A stretch of DNA of 64,000 nucleotides from Eledone cirrhosa (Eukaryota). Position 1 is the first letter of the stretch, and every line of letters starts with the position of its first letter. The DNA lies in contig OZ024741.1 of NCBI GenBank assembly GCA_964016885.1, forward strand, positions 18,600,001 through 18,664,000. The letters are read 5' to 3'. Positions 23,605-38,600 of this stretch are shown here, piece by piece. The notes beneath the pieces were generated by a model. The model worked only from the letters and a program-made list of their open reading frames with translations. It made no database searches and was not told the DNA's origin. The translations under genes were made by a program, and so were the position numbers.

Positions 23605-26600
23605 TTCTATCTGACGTTCTAACGACTACAATTCTATCTGACGTTCTAACGACTACAATTCTATCTAACGTTCTAACGACTGCCATTCTATCTGATGTTC
23701 TAACGACTGCCATTCTATCTAACGTTCTAAGGACTACCATTCTATCTGACGTTCTAACGACTCTGCCATTCTATCTAACGTTCTAACGACTACAATTCTA
23801 TCTGACGTTCTAACGACTACCATTCTATCTAACGTTCTAACGACTACCATTCTATCTAACGTTCTAACGACTACAATTTTATCTGACGTTCTAACGACTA
23901 CCATTCTATCTGACGTTCTAACGACTACCATTCTATCTGACGTTCTAACGACTGCCATTCTATCTAACGTTCTAAGGACTACCATTCTATCTGACGTTCT
24001 AACGACTGCCATTCTATCTGAGGTTCTAACAACTGCCATTCTATCTGACGTTCTAACGACTACCATTCTATCTGACGTTCTAACGACTGCCATTCTATTT
24101 AACGTTCTAACAACTGCCATTCTATCTGACGTTCTAACGACTGCCATTCTATCTGACGTTCTAACGACTACCATTCTATCTGACATTCTAACGACTGCCA
24201 TTCTATCTCAAGTTCTAACGACTGCCATTCTATCTGACGTTCTAACGACTCTGCCTGACATCTGACATTCTAACTACTGACATTCTATCTGACGTTCTAA
24301 CGACTACCCTTATATCTGATGTTATCACGACTGCCCTTCTATCTGACATTATAAAGACAGCTATTCTATCTGACGTTCTAGCGACAGCCATTCTATCTGA
24401 CGTTCTAACGACTACCATTATATCTGATGTTCTAACGACTGCCACTCTATCTGACGTTCGAACGACTGCCATTCTATCTGACCTTCTAAGGGCTGCCATT
24501 CCATCTGAGATTCTAACTACTGACATTATATCTGACGTTCTAACGACTACTATTATATCTGATGTTCTAACGACTGCCATTCTATCTGATGTCCTAACGA
24601 CTACCATTCTATCTGACGTTCGAACGACTGCCATTCAATCTGCCTTCTAACGACTATGCCATTCTATCTGACGTTCTAACTACTGATATTCTATCTGACG
24701 TTCTAACGACTACCATTATATCTGATGTTCTAACGACTGCCACTCTATCTGATGTTCTAACGACTGCCACTCTATCTGATGTTCTAACGACTCTGCTATT
24801 CTCTCTGATATCCTAACGACCTAACGACTACTATTCTATCTGACGTTCGAACGACTGACATTCTATCTGACGTTCGAACGACTGCCATTCTATTTGACGT
24901 TCTAAAGACTCTGCCATTCTATCTGACATTCTAAAGACTGCCTTTCTATCTGACGTTCGAACTACTGCCATTCTATTTGACGTTCTAACGACTGCCATTC
25001 TAGCTTGGGTTCGAACGACTGCCATTATATCTGACGTTCTAACGATTCTGCAATCCTACCTGACGTTCTAACGACAGTCATTCTATCTTACGTTCTAACG
25101 ACTACCCTTCTATCTGACATTCTAAAGACAGCTATTCTATCTGACGTTCGAACGACTGCCATTCTATCTGACATTCTAAGGGCTACCATTCCATCTGACA
25201 TTCTAACTACTGACATTATATCTGACGTTCTAACGACTACTATTATATCTGCCGTTCGAACGACTGCCATTCTATATGACCTCCTAACGAAAGCCATTCT
25301 ATCTGCCGTTCTAAAGACTCTGCCATTCTATTTAACGTTCTAACTACTGACATTATATCTGACGTTCTAACGACTACCATTATATCTGATGTTCTAACGA
25401 CTGCCAATCTATCTGATGTTATAACGACTCTGCCATTCTCTCTGATGTCCTAACGACTACCATTCTATCTAACGTTCGAACGACTGCCATTCTATCTGAC
25501 GTTCGAACGACTGCCATTCTGTTTGACGTTCTAACGACTCTGCCATTCTATCTGTCATTCTATCTGACGTTCGAACTAATGAAATTCTATCTGACGTTCT
25601 AACGACTGCCATTCTATCTAAAATTATAACGGCGGCCATTCTATCTGACGTTCCAACGACTGGTAGTCTATATGACGTTCTAGCGACTGCCATTTTATTT
25701 GACGTTCTAACGACTCTGCCATTCTATCTGACGTTCTAACTATTGATATTCTATCTGACGTTCTAACGACTACCATACTATCTGATGTTCTAACGACTGC
25801 CATTCTATATGATATTCTAACGACTGCCATTCTATCTGATATTCTAACGACTCTGCCATTATAACGACTGCCATTCTATCTGACGTCCTAACGACTGCCA
25901 TTCAGTCAGATGTTCTAACGACTGGCATTTAATCTGACGTTCGAACGATTGCCATTCTATCTGGCGTTCTAACGACTCTGCCATTCTACTTGACATTCTA
26001 GCGACTGCCATTCTGTCTGCCGTTCTAAAGACTCTGCTATTCTATCTGAGGTTCGAACAACTGCAATTCTATGTGACGTTCTAACAACTGCCATTCTATC
26101 TGACATTCGAACGACTGACATTCTATTGACGTTCTAACGATTACCATTATATCTGATGTTCTAACGACTGCCATTCTATCTGATGTTCTAACGACTGCCA
26201 CTCTATCTGATGTCCTAACGACTACCATTCTATCTGACGTTCGAACGACTGACATTCTATCTGACGTTCGAACGACTACCATTCTATTTGACGTTCTAAA
26301 GACTGCCGTTCTATCTGACGTTCGAACAACTGCCATTCTATCTGACGTTCTAACGACTGCCATTATATCTGACGTTCTAACGACACTGCAATCCTATCTG
26401 ATGTTCTAACGACAGTCATTCTATCTGACATTCTAACGGCTGCCATTCTATCTTACCTTCTAACGACTGCCATTGTATCTGACGTTCTAACGACAGGAAT
26501 TCTATCTTACGTTCTAACGCCTGCCATTCTATCTTACGTTCTAGCGACTGCCATTCTATCTCACGTTCTAACAACTCTGCCTTCCATCTGACATTCTAAC

Positions 26601-29600
26601 TACTGACATTCTATGTGACGTTCAAACGACTACGCTTATATCTGATGATATAACGACTGCCCTTCTATCTGACATTCTAAAGACAGCTATTCTATCTGAC
26701 GTTCTAGCGACAGCCATTCTATCTAACGTTCTAACGACTACCATTATATCTGATGTTCTAACGACTGCCACTCTATCTGACGTTCGAACGACTGCCATTC
26801 TATCTGACCTTCTAAGGGCTGCCATTCCTATCTGAGATTCTAACTACTGACATTATATCTGACGTTCTAACGACTACTATTATATCTGATGTTCTAACGA
26901 CTGCCATTCTCTCTGATGTCCTAACGACTACCATTCTATCTGACGTTCGAACGACTGACATTCTATCTGACGTTCGAACGACTGACATTCTATCTGACGT
27001 TCGAACGACTGCCATTCTATTTGACGTTCTAAAGACTGCCTTTCTATCTGACGTTCGAACTACTGCCATTCTATCTGACGTTCTAACGACTGCCATTCTA
27101 GCTTAGGTTCGAACGACTGCTATTCTATCTGACGTTCTAACGCCTGCCATTCTATCTTACGTTCTAGCGACTGCCATTCTATCTGACGTTCTAACGACTC
27201 TGCCTGACATCTGACATTCTAACTACTGACATTCTATCTGACGTTCTAACGACTACACTTATATCTGATGTTATCACGACTGCCCTTCTATCTGACATTA
27301 TAAAGACAGCTATTCTATCTGATGTTCTAGCGACAGCCATTCTATCTGACGTTCTAACGACTACCATTATATCTGATGTTCTAACGACTGCCACTCTATC
27401 TGACGTTCGAACGACTGCCATTCTATCTGACCTTCTAAGGGCTGCCATTCCTATCTGAGATTCTAACTACTGACATTATATCTGACGTTCTAACGACTAC
27501 TATTATATCTGATGTTCTAACGACTGCCACTCTATCTGACGTTCGAACGACTGCCATTCTATCTGACCTTCTAAGGGCTGCCATTCCATCTGAGATTCTG
27601 ACTACTGACATTATATCTGACGTTCTAACGACTACTATTATATCTGATGTTCTAACGACTGCCATTCTATCTGATGTCCTAACGACTACCATTCTATCTG
27701 ACGTTCGAACGACTGCCATTCAATCTGCCGTTCTAACGACTATGCCATTCTATCTGACGTTCTAACTACTGATATTCTATCTGACGTTCTAACGACTACC
27801 ATTATATCTGATGTTCTAACGACTGCCACTCTATCTGATGTTCTAACGACTGCCACTCTATCTGATGTTCTAACGACTGCCACTCTATCTGATGTTCTAA
27901 CGACTCTGCTATTCTCTCTGATGTCCTAACGACCTAACGACTACTATTCTATCTGACGTTCGAACGACTGACATTCTATCTGACGTTCGAACGACTGACA
28001 TTCTATCTGACGTTCGAACGACTGCCATTCTATTTGACGTTCTAAAGACTCTGCCATTCTATCTGACATTCTAAAGACTGCCTTTCTATCTGACGTTCGA
28101 ACTACTGGCATTCTATCTGACGTTCTAACGACTGCCATTCTAGCTTGGGTTCGAACGACTGCCATTATATCTGACGTTCTAACGACTCTGCAATCCTACC
28201 TGACGTTCTAACGACAGTCATTCTATCTTACGTTCTAACGACTACCCTTCTATCTGACATTCTAAAGACAGCTATTCTATCTGACGTTTGAACGACTGCC
28301 ATTCTATCTGACCTTCTAAGGGCTACCATTCCATCTGACATTCTAACTACTGACATTATATCTGACGTTCTAACGACTACTATTATATCTGCCGTTCGAA
28401 CGACTGCCATTCTATATGACCTCCTAACGAAAGCCATTCTATCTGCCGTTCTAAAGACTCTGCCATTCTATCTAACGTTCTAACTACTGACATTATATCT
28501 GACGTTCTAACGACTACCATTATATCTGATGTTCTAACGACTGCCACTCTATCTGATGTTATAACGACTCTGCCATTCTCTCTGATGTCCTAACGACTAC
28601 CATTCTATCTAACGTTCGAACGACTGCCATTCTATCTGACGTTCGAACGACTGCCATTCTATTTGACGTTCTAACGACTCTGCCATTCTATCTGTCATTC
28701 TAAAGACTGCCATTCTATCTGACGTTCTAACGACTGCCATTCTATCTTAGGTTCGAACGGCTACCATTCTATCTGACGTTCTAACTACTGACATTATATC
28801 TGACGTTCTAACGACTACAATTATATTTTATGTTCTAACGACAGCCACTCTATCTGATGTTCTAACGACTCTGCCACTCTATCTTACGTCCTAACGACTA
28901 CAATTCTATCTGACGTTCGAACGACTGCCATTCTATCTAACCTTCTAAGGGCTGCCATTCCATCTGACATTCTAACTACTGACATTATATCTGACGTTCT
29001 AACGACTACTATTATATCTGATGTTCTAACGACTGCCATTCTATCTGATGTCCTAACGACTACCATTCTATCTGACGTTCGAACGACTGCCATTCAATCT
29101 GACATTCGAACGACTGCCATTCTATTTGACGTTCTAACGACTCTGCCATACTATCTGACATTTTAAAGACTGCCATTCTATCTGACGTTCGATCTACTGC
29201 CATTCTATCTAACGTTCTAACGACTGCCATTCTATCTTAGGTTCGAACGACCTCCATTCTATCTGCCGTTCTAACGACTCTGCCATTCTATCTGACGTTC
29301 TAACTACTGATATTCTATCTGACGTTCTAAAGACTACCATTATATCTGATGTTCTAACGACTGCCATTTTATCTGCTGTCCTAACGATAACAATTCGATC
29401 TGACGTTCGAACGACTGCTATTCTATATAACGTTCTAACGACTGCCATTCTATCTCACGTTTTAACCACTCCTATTCTATCTGACGTTCTAACGACAGCC
29501 ATTCTATCTGACGTTCTAACGATTCTGCCATTCCATCTGACGTTCTAACGACTCGGCTATTCTATCTGCCGTTCGAACCACTGCCATTCTATATGACCTC

Positions 29601-32600
29601 CTAACGAAAGCCATTCTATCTGCCGTTCTAACGACTCTGCCATTCTATCTGACGTTCTAACTACTGACATTATATCTTACGTTCTAACGACTACCATTAT
29701 ATCTGATGTTCTAACGACTGCCACTCTATCCGATGTTCTAACGACTCTGCTATTCTCACTGATGTCCTACCGACTACCATTCTATCTGACGTTCGAACGA
29801 CACCAATTCTATCTGACGTTCGAACGACTGCCATTCTATTTGACGTTCTAACGACTCTGCCATTCTATCTAACATTCTACGGACTGCCTTTCTATCTGAC
29901 GTTCGAACTACTGCCATTCTATCTGACGTTCTAACTACTTACATTCTATCTGACGTTCTAATGACTACCATTATATCTGATGTTCTAACGACTACCACTC
30001 TATCTTAGGTTCGAGCGACTGCCATTCTATCTGACGTTCTAACGACTCTGCTATTCTATCTGCCGTTCGAACGACTGCCATTCTATATGACCTTCTAACT
30101 CCTGCCATTCTATCTGACGTTCTAACTACTGATATTCTATCTGACGTTCTAACGACTACCATTATATCTGATGTTCTAACGACTGCCATTCTATCTGATG
30201 TTCTAACGACTCTGCTATTCTCACTGATGTCCTACCGACTACCATTCTATCTGACGTTCGAACGACACCAATTCTATCTGACGTCCGAACGACTGCCATT
30301 CTATTTGACGTTCTAACGACTCTGCTTTTCTATCTGACATTCTACGGACTGCCTCTCTATCTGACGTTCGAACGACTGCCATTCTATCTGACGTTCTAAC
30401 GACTGCCATTCTAGCTTAGGTTCGAACGACTGCCATTATATCTGACGTTCTAACGACTCTGCCATCCTATCTGACGTTCTAAGGGCTGCCATTCTATCTA
30501 ACGTTCTAACGACTACCATTATATCTGATGTTCTAACGAATGCCATTCTATCTGACGTTCTAACGATAGAAATTCTATCTGACGTTCTAGCAACTGCCAT
30601 TCCATCTGACGTTCTAACGGCACGGCTAATCTATCTACCGTTCGACCGACTGCCATTCTATATTACCTTCTAACGACTGCCATTATATCTTCCGTTCTAA
30701 TGACTCTGCCATTCTATTTAACGTTCTAACTACTGACATTCTATCTGACGTTCTAACGACTACCATTATATCTGATGTTCTAACGACTGCCATTCTATCT
30801 GATGTCTTAAAGACTGCCATTCCATCTGACGTTCTAACGACTGCCATTCTATCTGACGTTGTAACGACTGCGATTCTATCTGACGTTCTAGCGACTGCCA
30901 TTCTATCTGACGTTCTAACGCCTCTGCCATTCCATCTGACGTTCTAACGACTCTGCCATTCCATCTGACGTTCTAATTATTGCCCTTCTATCTGACATTC
31001 TAACGATAGCTATTCTAGCTGTTGTTGTAGCAACTGCCATTCTATCTGACGTTCTAACGACTCTGCCATTCTATCTGACGTTCTAACGACTCTGCCATTC
31101 TATCTGACGTTCTAACGACTCTGTTATTCTATTTGACGTTCTAACGACTGCCATTCTCTCTGACCTTCTAACGACAATCATTCTATCTGACGTTCTAACG
31201 ACTGCCATTCTATCTGACATTCTAAGAGCTGCGATTCTATCTGACGTTCTAACAACTCTGCCGTTCTATCTGACGTTCTAACGACTACCATTATATCTGA
31301 TGTTCTAACGACTGCCATCCTATTCGACGTTCTAACGACGGATATTCTATCTGACGTTCTAGCCACTGCCATTCCATCTGACGTTCTAACGACTCTGCGA
31401 TTCCATCTGACGTTCTAACGACTCTGCCATTCCATCTGACGTTCTAACGACTGCCATTCTATATTACCTTCTAACGACTGCCATTCTATCTACCGATCTA
31501 ACGACTCGGCCATTCTATCTGACGTTTTAACTACTGACATTCTATCTGACGTTCTAACGACTAACATTAAATCTGATCTCCTAACGACTACAATTCTATC
31601 CGACATTCTAACGACTCTGCCATTCCATCTGACATTCTAACTACTATATTCTATCTGACGTTCGAACGACAGTCATTCTATCTGACGTTCTAACGACTGC
31701 CATTCTATCTGACGTTCTAACGACTGCCATTCTATCTGACGTTCTAACAACTCTGCTATTCTATCTGCCGTTCGAACGACTGCCATTCTATATGACCTTC
31801 TAACGACTGCCATTCTATCTGACGTTCTAAGGACTGCCATTCTATGTGACGTTCTAACGACAGTCATTCTATCTGACCTTCTAGCGACTTCCATTCTATC
31901 TGACGTTCTAAGGGCTGCCATTCTATCTGACGTTCTAACGACTGCCATTCTATCTGACGTTCTAACGACAGCTATTCTATCTGACGTTCTAACGACAGCT
32001 ATTCTATCTGACGTTCTAGCGACTGCCATTCTATCTGACGTTCTAACGACTCTGCCATTCCATCTGATGTTCTAACGACTCTGCTATTCTATCTGCCGTT
32101 CAAACGACTGCCATTCTATATTACCTTCTAACGACTGCCATTCAATCTGCCGTTCTACCGACACTGCCATTCTATCTGACGTTCTACCTACTGCCATTCT
32201 ATCTGTGTTCTAACGACTACCATTATATCTGATGTTCTAACAACTGCCATTTTATCTGATTTCCTAACGTCTACAATTTTATCTGACGTTCGAACTACTG
32301 CTATTCTATCTAACGTTCTAACGACTGCCATTCTAGCTGACGTTTTAACCACTGCCATTCTATCTGAGGTTCTAACGACAGCCATTCTATCTGACGTTCT
32401 AACGACTGCCATTCTATCTGACGTTCTAACGACTGCCATTCTATCTCACGTTCTAACGACTGCCATTCTATCTTACGTTCTAGCGATTGCCATTCTATCT
32501 GACGTTCTAACGACTCTGCCATTCCATATGACATTCTAACTACTGACATTCTATCTGACGTTCTAACGACTACCATTATATCTGATGTTCAAACGACTGC

Positions 32601-35600
32601 CCTTCTATCTGACATTCTAACGATAACTATTCTAGCTGTCGCTGTAGCGACTGCCATTCTATGTGACGTTCTAACCACTGCCATTCTATTTGACTTTCTA
32701 ACGACTCTGTTATTCTATCTGACGTTCTAACGACTGCCATTCTATCTGACGTTCTAACGACAGTCATTCTATCTGACATTCTAACGACAGTCATTCTATC
32801 TGACGTTTTAACGACTGCCATTCTATCTGACGTTCTAACGACTACCATTATATCTGATGTACTAACGACTGCCATTCTATCTGACGTTCTAACGACTCTG
32901 CCATTCCATCTGACGTTCTAACGACTCTGCTATTCTATCTGCCGTTCGAACGACTGCAATTCTATATGACCTTCAAACGAATTTCATTCTATCTGACGTT
33001 CTAAGGACTTCCATTCTATGTGACGTTCTAACGACAGTCATTCTATTTAACCTTCTAACGACTGCCATTCTATCTGACATTCTAAGGGCTGCCATTCTAT
33101 CTAACGTTCTAACTACTGCCATTCTATCTGACGTTCTAAAGACGACCATTATATCTGATGTTCTAACGTCAGCCATTCTATCTGACGTTCTAACTACTGA
33201 CATTCTTTCTGACGTTCTAACGACTACCATTAAATCTGATGTCCTAACGACTACAATTCTATCTGACATTCTATCGACTCTGCCATTCCATCTGACATTC
33301 TAACTACTGACATTCTATCTGACGTTCGAACGACAGTCATTCTATCTGACGTTCTAACGACTGCCATTCTATCTGACGTTCTAACGACTACCATTATATC
33401 TGATGTTCTAACGACTGCCATTCTATCTGACGTTCTAACGACTCTGCTATTCTATCTGCCGTTCGAACAACTGTCATTCTATATGACCTTCTAACGACTG
33501 CCATTCTATCTGACGTTCTAAAGACTGCCATTCTATGTGACGTTCTAAAGACTGCCATTCTATGTGACGTTCTAACGACAGTCATTCTATCTGACCTTCT
33601 AGCGAGTGCCATTCTATCTGACATTCTAACGACTGCTATTCTATCTGCCATCTATCTGACGTTCTAAGGACTGCCATTCTCTCTGACGTTCTAACGACTA
33701 CCATTATATCTGATGTTCTAACGACTGCCATTTTATCTGATGTCCTAACGTCTACAATTTTATTTGACGTTCGAACGACTGCTATTCTATCTAACGTTCT
33801 AAAGACTGCCATTCTAGCTGACGTTTTAACCACTGCCATTCTATCTGACGTTCTAACGACTGTCATTCTATCTTACGTTCTAGCGACTGCCATTCCATCT
33901 GACATTCTAACTACTGACATTCTATCTGACGTTCTAACGACTACCATTATATCTGATGTTCAAACGACTGCCCTTCTATTTGACATTCTAACGATAGCTA
34001 TTCCAGCTGTCGCTGTAGCGACTGCCATTCTATCTGACGTTCTAACCACTCTGCCATTTTATCTGACGTTCTAAGGACTTCCATTCTATGTGACGTTCTA
34101 ACGACAGTCATTCTATTTAAACTTCTAACGACTGTCATTCTATCTAACGTTCTAACAACTGCCATTCTATCTGACGTTCTAACGACTACCATTATATCTG
34201 ACTTTCTAACGACAGCCATTCTATCTGACGTTCTAACGACAGCTATTCTATCTGACGTTCTAACGACAGCTATTCTATCTGACGTTCTAGCGACTGCCAT
34301 TCTATCTGACGTTCTAATGACTCTGCCATTCCATCTGATGTTCTAACGACTCTGCTATTCTATCTGCCGTTCGAACAACTGCCATCCTATATTACCTTCT
34401 AACGACTGCCATTCTATCGGCCATTCTAAAGACTCTGCCATTCTATCTGACGTTCTATCTACTGACATTCTATCTGACGTTCTAACGACTACCATTATAT
34501 CTGATGTTCTAACGACTGCCATTTTATCTGATGTCCTAACGACTACAATTCTATCTGACGTTCGAACGACTGCTATTCTATCTAACGTTCTAACGACTGC
34601 CATTCTATCTGACGTTTTAACCACTGCCACTCTATCTGACGTTCTAACGACAGCCATTCTATCTGACGTTCTAACGACAGCCATTCTATCTGACGTTCTA
34701 AAGACTGACATTCTATCAGACGTTCTAACGACTACCATTATATCTGATGTTATAACGACTGCCCTTCTATCTGATGTTTTAACCACTGCCATTCTATCTG
34801 ACGTTCTAACGACTCTGCCATTCCATCTGACGTTCTAACGACTCTGATATTCTATCTGCCGTTCGAACGACTGCCATTCTATATGACCTTCTAAAGAAAG
34901 CCATTCTATCTGCCGTTCTAACGACTCTGCCATTCTATCTGACGTTCTAACTACTGACATTCTATCTGACGTTCTAACGACTACCATTATATCTGATGTT
35001 CTAACGACTGCCACTCTATCTGATGTTCTAACGACTCTGCCAATCTCTCTGATGTTGTAACGACTACCATTCCATCTGACGTTCGAACGACTGCCATTCA
35101 ATCTGACGTTCGAACGACTGCCATTCTATTTGATGTTCTAACGACTCTACCATTCTATCTGACATTCTAAAGACTGCCATTCTATCTGACGTTCGAACTA
35201 ATACCATTCTATCTGACGTTCAAACGACTACCTTTATATCTGATGTTCTAACGACTGTCACTCTATCTGACGATCAAGGGACTGCCATTCTCTCTGACGT
35301 TTTAACGACTCTGCCATTCTATCTGAACTGCTAACGACTATCCTTCTATCTGACGTTCGAACTACTGCCATTCTATCTGACGTTCTAACGGTTGCCATTC
35401 TATCTCAGGTTCGAATGACTGCCATTCTATCTAACGTTCTAACGACTGCCATTCTATCTGACCTTCTCAGGCTGCAATTTCATCTGAGATTCTAACTACT
35501 GACATTATATCTGACGTTCTAACGACTATCATTATATCTGATGTTCTAACGACTGCCATTCTATCTGATGTCCTAACGACTACAATTCTATCTGACGTTC

Positions 35601-38600
35601 GAACGACTGCCATTCTATCTGACGTTCTAACGACTCTGCTATTCTATCTGCCGTTCGAACGAATGCCATTCTATATGACCTTCTAACGACTGCCATTCTA
35701 TCTGCAGTTATAAAGACTGCCATTCTATCTGACGTTCTACCGACTACCATTATATCTGATGTTCTAACGACTGCCATTCTATCTTAGGTTCGACTCTGCT
35801 ATTCTATCTGACGTACTAACGACTCTGCCATTCTATCTAAACGTTCTAAGGACTCCCATTCTATCTGACGTTCGAGCGACTGACATTCTCTCTGACATTC
35901 TAAAGACTGCCATTCTATCTGACGTTTGAACGTCTGCCATTTTTTTTGACGTTCTAACGACCGGCATTCTATCCGATATACTAACGACTACCATTCTATC
36001 TGACGTTCTAATGACAGTCATTCTATCTGACGTTTAACGGCTGCCTTTCTATCTGACGTTCTAACGGCTGCCATTCTATCTGATTTCTAACGACTCCCTT
36101 TCTATCTGACGTTCTAACGGCTGCCATTCTTTCTGCCGTTCTAACGACTGTCATTATCTGACGTTCTAACTACTGACATTCTATCTGACGTCCTAACGTC
36201 TACCATTATATCTGATGTTCTAACGACTACAATTCTATGTGACATTCGAACGACTGCCATTCTATCGAACGTTCTTACGACAGTCATTCTATCTGATATT
36301 CTAACGACTGCTATAGTATCTGACATTCGAACGACTGCCATTCTATTTGACGTTCTAACGTCTCTGCCATTCTCTCTGACATTTTAAATACTGCCATTCT
36401 ATCTGACGTTCGAAATACTGCCATTCTATCTGACGTTCTCACGACTGCCATTCTGTCTGACGTTCTAACGACACTGCCATTCTATCTGATGTTCTAACGA
36501 CACTGCAATTCTAATGATTGCCATTCTATCTGACGTCCTAACGACTACCATTCTATCCGACGTTCTAACGACTGCCATTTTATCTGACGTTCTAGTGACT
36601 GCCATTCTATCTGAAGTTCTAACAACTCTGCCATACCATCTGACGTTCTAACTACTGACATTCTACCTCACGTTCGAACGACTGCCATTCTATACGTCGT
36701 TCTAACGCCTCTGCCATTCTAACTGACATTCTAAAGACTGCCAATCTATCTGATGTTCTAACTACTAATATTCTATCTGACGTTCTAACAACTACCTTTA
36801 TATCTGATATTCTAACGACTGCCACTCTATCTGACGTTCTAGCGACTGCCATTCTCTCTGACGTTCTAGCGACTGCCATTCTCTCTGACGTTCTAGCGAC
36901 TGCCATTCTATCTGACGTTCTAACGACTACCTTTATATCTGATGTTCTAACGACTGCCACTCTATCTGACGTTCTAGCGACTGCCATTCTCTCTGACGTT
37001 CTAGCGACTGCCATTCTCTCTGACGTTCTAACGGCTGCCATTCTATCTGATTTCTAACGACTCCCTTTCTATCTGACGTTCTAATGGCTGCCATTCTATC
37101 TGCCCTTCTAACGACTGTCATTATCTGACGTTCTAACTACTGACATTCTATCTGACGTCCTAACGTCTACCATTATATCTGATGTTCTGACGACTACAAT
37201 TCTATGTGACGTTCGAACGACTGCCATTCTATCGAACGTTCTTACGACAGTCATTCTATCTGACATTCTAACGACTGCTATTCTATCTGACATTCGAACG
37301 ACTGCCATTCTATTTGACGTTCTAACGTCTCTGCCATTCTCTCTGACATTTTAAATACTGCCATTCTATCTGACGTTCGAAATACTGCCATTCTATCTGA
37401 CGTTCTCACGACTCTGCCATTCTATCTGACGTTCTAACGACAGTCATTCAATCTGACGTTAGAACGACTGCCATTCAATCTGACCTTCTAAGGGCTTCCA
37501 TTCCATCAGACATTCTAACTACTGACATTATATCTGACGTTCTAACGACTACCATTCTATCTGATGTCCTAACGACTACAATTCTATCTGACGTTCTAGC
37601 GACTGCCATACTATCTGACATTCTAACGACTGCTATTCTATCTGACATTCTAATGGCTGCCTTTCTATCTGACGTTCTAACGGCTGCCATTCTATCTGAC
37701 GTTCTAACGACTCCCATTCTATCTGAAGTTCTAACGGCTGCCATTCTATCTGACGTTCTAAAGACTGCCATTCTATCTGACGTTATAACGACTCCCATTC
37801 TATCTGACGTTCTAACGACTGCCATTCTGTCTGACGTTCTAACGACTACAATTCTCTCTGACGTTCGAACGACTGCCATTCTATCTAACATTCTAATGAC
37901 TTCCATTCTATCTGACGTTCGAGCGACTGCCATTCTATCTGACATTCTAAAGACTAACATTATATCTGATGTTCTAACAACTGCCACTCTATCTGATGTT
38001 CTAACGACTCTGCCATTCTCTCTGATGTCCTAACGACTACCATTCTATCTGACGTTCGAAACACTGCCATTCTATCTGACATACTAACGACTGCTATTCT
38101 ATCTGACATTCTAACGGCTGCCTTTCTATCTGACGTTCTAACGGCTGCCATTCTATCTGACGTTTTAACGACTGCCATTCTATCTGACGTTCTAACGACT
38201 GCCATTCTGTCTGACGTTCTAACGACACTGCCATTCTATCTGATGTTCTAACGACTCTGCAATTCTAATGATTGCCATTCTATCTGACGTTCTAACGACT
38301 ACCATTCTATCCGACGTTCTAGCGACTGCCATTTTATCTGACGTTCTAGTGACTGCCATTCTATCTGAAGTTCTAACAACTCTGCCATACCATCTGACGT
38401 TCTAACTACTGACGTTCTACCTCACGTTCGAACGACTGCCATTCTATACGTCGTTCTAACGCCTCTGCCATTCTAACTGACATTCTAAAGACTGCCAATC
38501 TATCTGATGTTCTAAGTACTAATATTCTATCTGACGTTCTAACGACTACCTTTATATCTGATGTTCTAACGACTGCCACTCTATCTGACGTTCTAACGAC